A DNA stretch of 64,000 nucleotides from the human T2T-CHM13v2.0 reference genome, Homo sapiens: assembly GCF_009914755.1 (NCBI RefSeq), contig NC_060933.1. One strand, written 5' to 3'. Numbering within the stretch: the stretch's first letter is position 1; each line of letters begins with the position of its first letter. Shown piece after piece: positions 60,007-64,000 of the stretch. Below the pieces are notes generated by a model. That model did not search any database, was not told where the DNA came from, and was given only the letters and a program-made list of their open reading frames with translations. The position numbers were made by a program, and so were the translations under genes.

Positions 60007-60309
60007 GGCTGGGGGTGGTGGCTCATGCCTGAAATCCCAGCACTTTGGGAGGCCGAGGCAGGCGGATCGTTTGAGGTCAGGAGTTCCAGACCAGCCTGGC
60101 CAACATAGTGAAACCCTGTCTCTACTAAAAATACAAAAATTAGCTGAGCGTGATGGCGCATGCCTGTATTCCCAGCTACTCGGGAGGCTGAGGCACAAGA
60201 ATTGCTTGAAGCTGGGAGGTGGAATTTGCAGTGAGTAGAGATCAGGCCACTGCACTCAAGCCCGGGCGACAGAACGGGACTCTGTCTCAAAACAAATAAA
60301 CTACAAAAA
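60007..60309 (+). mobile_element. AluS
   Basis: Full Alu; TSD AAGAA(C/T)GATAGAAGT at 59992-60006 and 60310-60324. Confidence 0.95.
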
Positions 60310-60609
60310 AAGAATGATAGAAGTAACATTTCCGTTGTCCTACAACAGTTTAAGGATAACTAAATGAATACCATGATGAAATTTATAAATGTAAATTAGT
60401 TAATTTAGATTAAGTGTATAAATCCCTCAAAAGACACAAACTAAGGCAAACTCAAAAAGAAAGCAATAACATGCACATCCCTATATATCTGTTTTAAATT
60501 TATTAATACCCACCTAGATAAACGAACTGACAAATTTTACTAATATTTAAGGAGATATAATTTATACATTACACAAAAGTTTAAGAAATAAAAAAGAGGA
60601 AACACTTTT

Positions 60610-61870
<1,261 letters not shown>

Positions 61871-62449
61871 TGAGTCTACCATTACCCCCATACCAAAACC
61901 ATAAAAACGACATTACAAGAAAATGTCCTGTAGACAAATATGTATTTAGATGATGAATTTAGATTTCAAAAACTTCAGCAAAATATTATCCAATTAAATC
62001 CTCTCATGTATGTGTGTGTATGTGTGTGCATGCACGTGTGTTTGTAAAATATATCATTACTAATTGGCATTTATCTTGGGAGTTCAAGATGGTTTCCATA
62101 TTCAATCAACCCATCAATGTGGACTATGGTCACTTGCAAAGACCAGCAAATCCTCTACACAAAAGGCCACTAGAAATTCATTAAAACAGCCTTCCATCAC
62201 TCTCGAAATTGACCAAAGCATTCAACTACCTGAGAAATATTTATGTTTGGAAAGCTATTGAAATGCAATTAAAAATATCAGGAAACCTGTTTTTACCTTT
62301 TGTCCTAATCTTGCTAAATCCTTCTTAATTTTAGGAGACACTGCTTCTCCTTCCACTGTTCTTTTACTTTCTCCTTCCCCTTTGTTTTTGCCTCCCTCTT
62401 CCTCTCCCTTTTCTACATTCCTTCTCTCTCCTAAATGCTGTATAAATTT

Positions 62450-63110
62450 CTACATATATAATCATATTATTTACAAATAGGAACAGTTTTACTTATTTCT
62501 TTCCAGTCTGCATTTATTTTATTCTTCCTTTTTTTCCTTACACACTGGATAGAACTCTAAGTATTATGTTGAAAAAGAGTGATAAAAGCAAACATCTTTG
62601 CTTTATTCCTGAGCATACATGTGGAAAACATTCAGTGTTTCACAGCTAAATATGATGGATTTTTTGTATGCTCTTTATCAAGATGAAGGAATTTTCTGCT
62701 ATTTCTGGTTTGCTGAATTTTTATCACAAGTAACTGTTGAATAGTGTCTTTTTCCCCTGCATTTATTGTACTGTTCATGCATTTTCCTATTTTAGAATAT
62801 TAATATGATGAACTATATTATTAGATCTTTTAAAATATTGCAACTGTCTTGCATTTCTGGAATAAACATGGCTTGGTCATGTGTCACTTTTTTACATAGT
62901 GTCGTATTCAAGTTGTTGAGGATTTTGCATCTAGGGTATATTTGTAGATTTGCATCTAGGTTATGTTGGTCTAAAGTTTTGTTTGTTTGTTTTCCTTTTC
63001 TTTTTTTTATCATCTTTGTCTTCTTCTGTTTAAGTGTCATGCTTGCTTCATAAAATGAATTGAGAAGCATTTCTTCCTCTTCTGTTTCTCGAAAATTGTA
63101 GAGAACTCTT
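62450..63110 (-). mobile_element. Ancient L1M ORF2 (RT region) remnant
   Basis: Minus-strand remnant EEEEMLLNSFYEASMTL...DQAMFIPEMQ. Confidence 0.75.
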
Positions 63111-63169
63111 GTTTTTTTTTTTTGTTGTTTGTTTGTTGTTTTGTTTTTTCTTATTTTTATCCTCATACT

Positions 63170-64000
63170 GAGAACCAAACAGTCTGGAGTGTAAAACATG
63201 GTTCCTCATTCCAGTTAAATCTAGTACACAATGACAACAACCCTCTTGGGTTAAGCATTGGCCTACTAACAGAAAAAAACCTTCAGGGAGATAGATGCTG
63301 ATCTAGGCATTGTGAGAAAAGCTGAATTCATTTTTAATCATGAATGGCTTTTAAGGAAAGAAGATTTATTAACTAAAATAAATAGATTAGAGGGAATTCT
63401 CATCTATGAGAGAGGAAGGGATGGGGATTCAACCTGGAAAAAAATGATGAAGTTTTAGTGAACTTGGTAAGGTAGACTCAACAATTAATGATGGATAATG
63501 CTAGGACCCAACACTGGTAATGAGCTTGTATTATGACTCAATAGCATCACTTTATCACTTTAACACAGATGGAGGCCTAAATAACCATAAGGTAATGGTT
63601 CTTCTTAGATGCAGAAGGACACATTTATATAATCTTAGGGACCCCATCTCTGAGGTCACTCATAACTTATATTAATTCATTGTTATTGCCATTGCCCCAA
63701 GAATAGATAAGGATAAGACATCCTGTAGTACAGGTAGCAGAGATATAAACTATTCTTATTCTTGTGTCTTGTCTATAGGAAGGGAGTGTATCCTGGTGTA
63801 TGACAGCATATAGTAGAGACCATTGTCAATTAGGGCCTGTGAACTAAGACAAGGTGACTGGCTAAGTCCACAACCCATTAGAAACCCAGAAATAATCAAA
63901 TCATGCTGAGTAGTAATAACACTTATTTATAATACTATATGGTATAAAGACAAGAACCAATTATGTTGAGTAGCTGTAACAAATAGCTCTATCATTCATA
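63170..64000 (-). mobile_element. Possible ERVL/MaLR internal remnant
   Basis: Composition and weak pol-like similarity only; family not resolved. Confidence 0.25.

Overview
Human genomic DNA (a human-specific AluYb8 lies at 35413-35687). The window is AT-rich, CpG-poor and dominated by repeats. I found no intact protein-coding gene, CpG island, tRNA/rRNA gene or CRISPR array. The long ORFs trace to L1, Alu, MaLR or Tigger sequence or to a pseudogene. Contents: 15 Alus, two young L1PA insertions, several old L1 pieces, four THE1/MST elements with internal sequence, ERV solo LTRs, Tigger/MER DNA transposons and a 7SL pseudogene. The most informative feature is a chimeric retrocopy at 57071-57657. 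It starts at the 5' end of H/ACA snoRNA SNORA70, runs through the rest of the RPL10 host intron, then continues into the spliced last RPL10 exons, 3' UTR and a decayed poly(A) tail. It is a fossil of a snoRNA-headed, polyadenylated RPL10 RNA. Other points of note: a 5'-inverted L1PA2 with a large internal gap and a probable 19-bp 3' transduction, a young AluYb8 with a 30-bp deletion beside a near-perfect 126-bp tandem duplication, an LTR-in-LTR-in-L1 nest, rearrangement junctions, and small templated-inversion scars. Repeat family names come from recalled consensus sequences, not from a RepeatMasker run, so subfamily calls and old-element boundaries are approximate.
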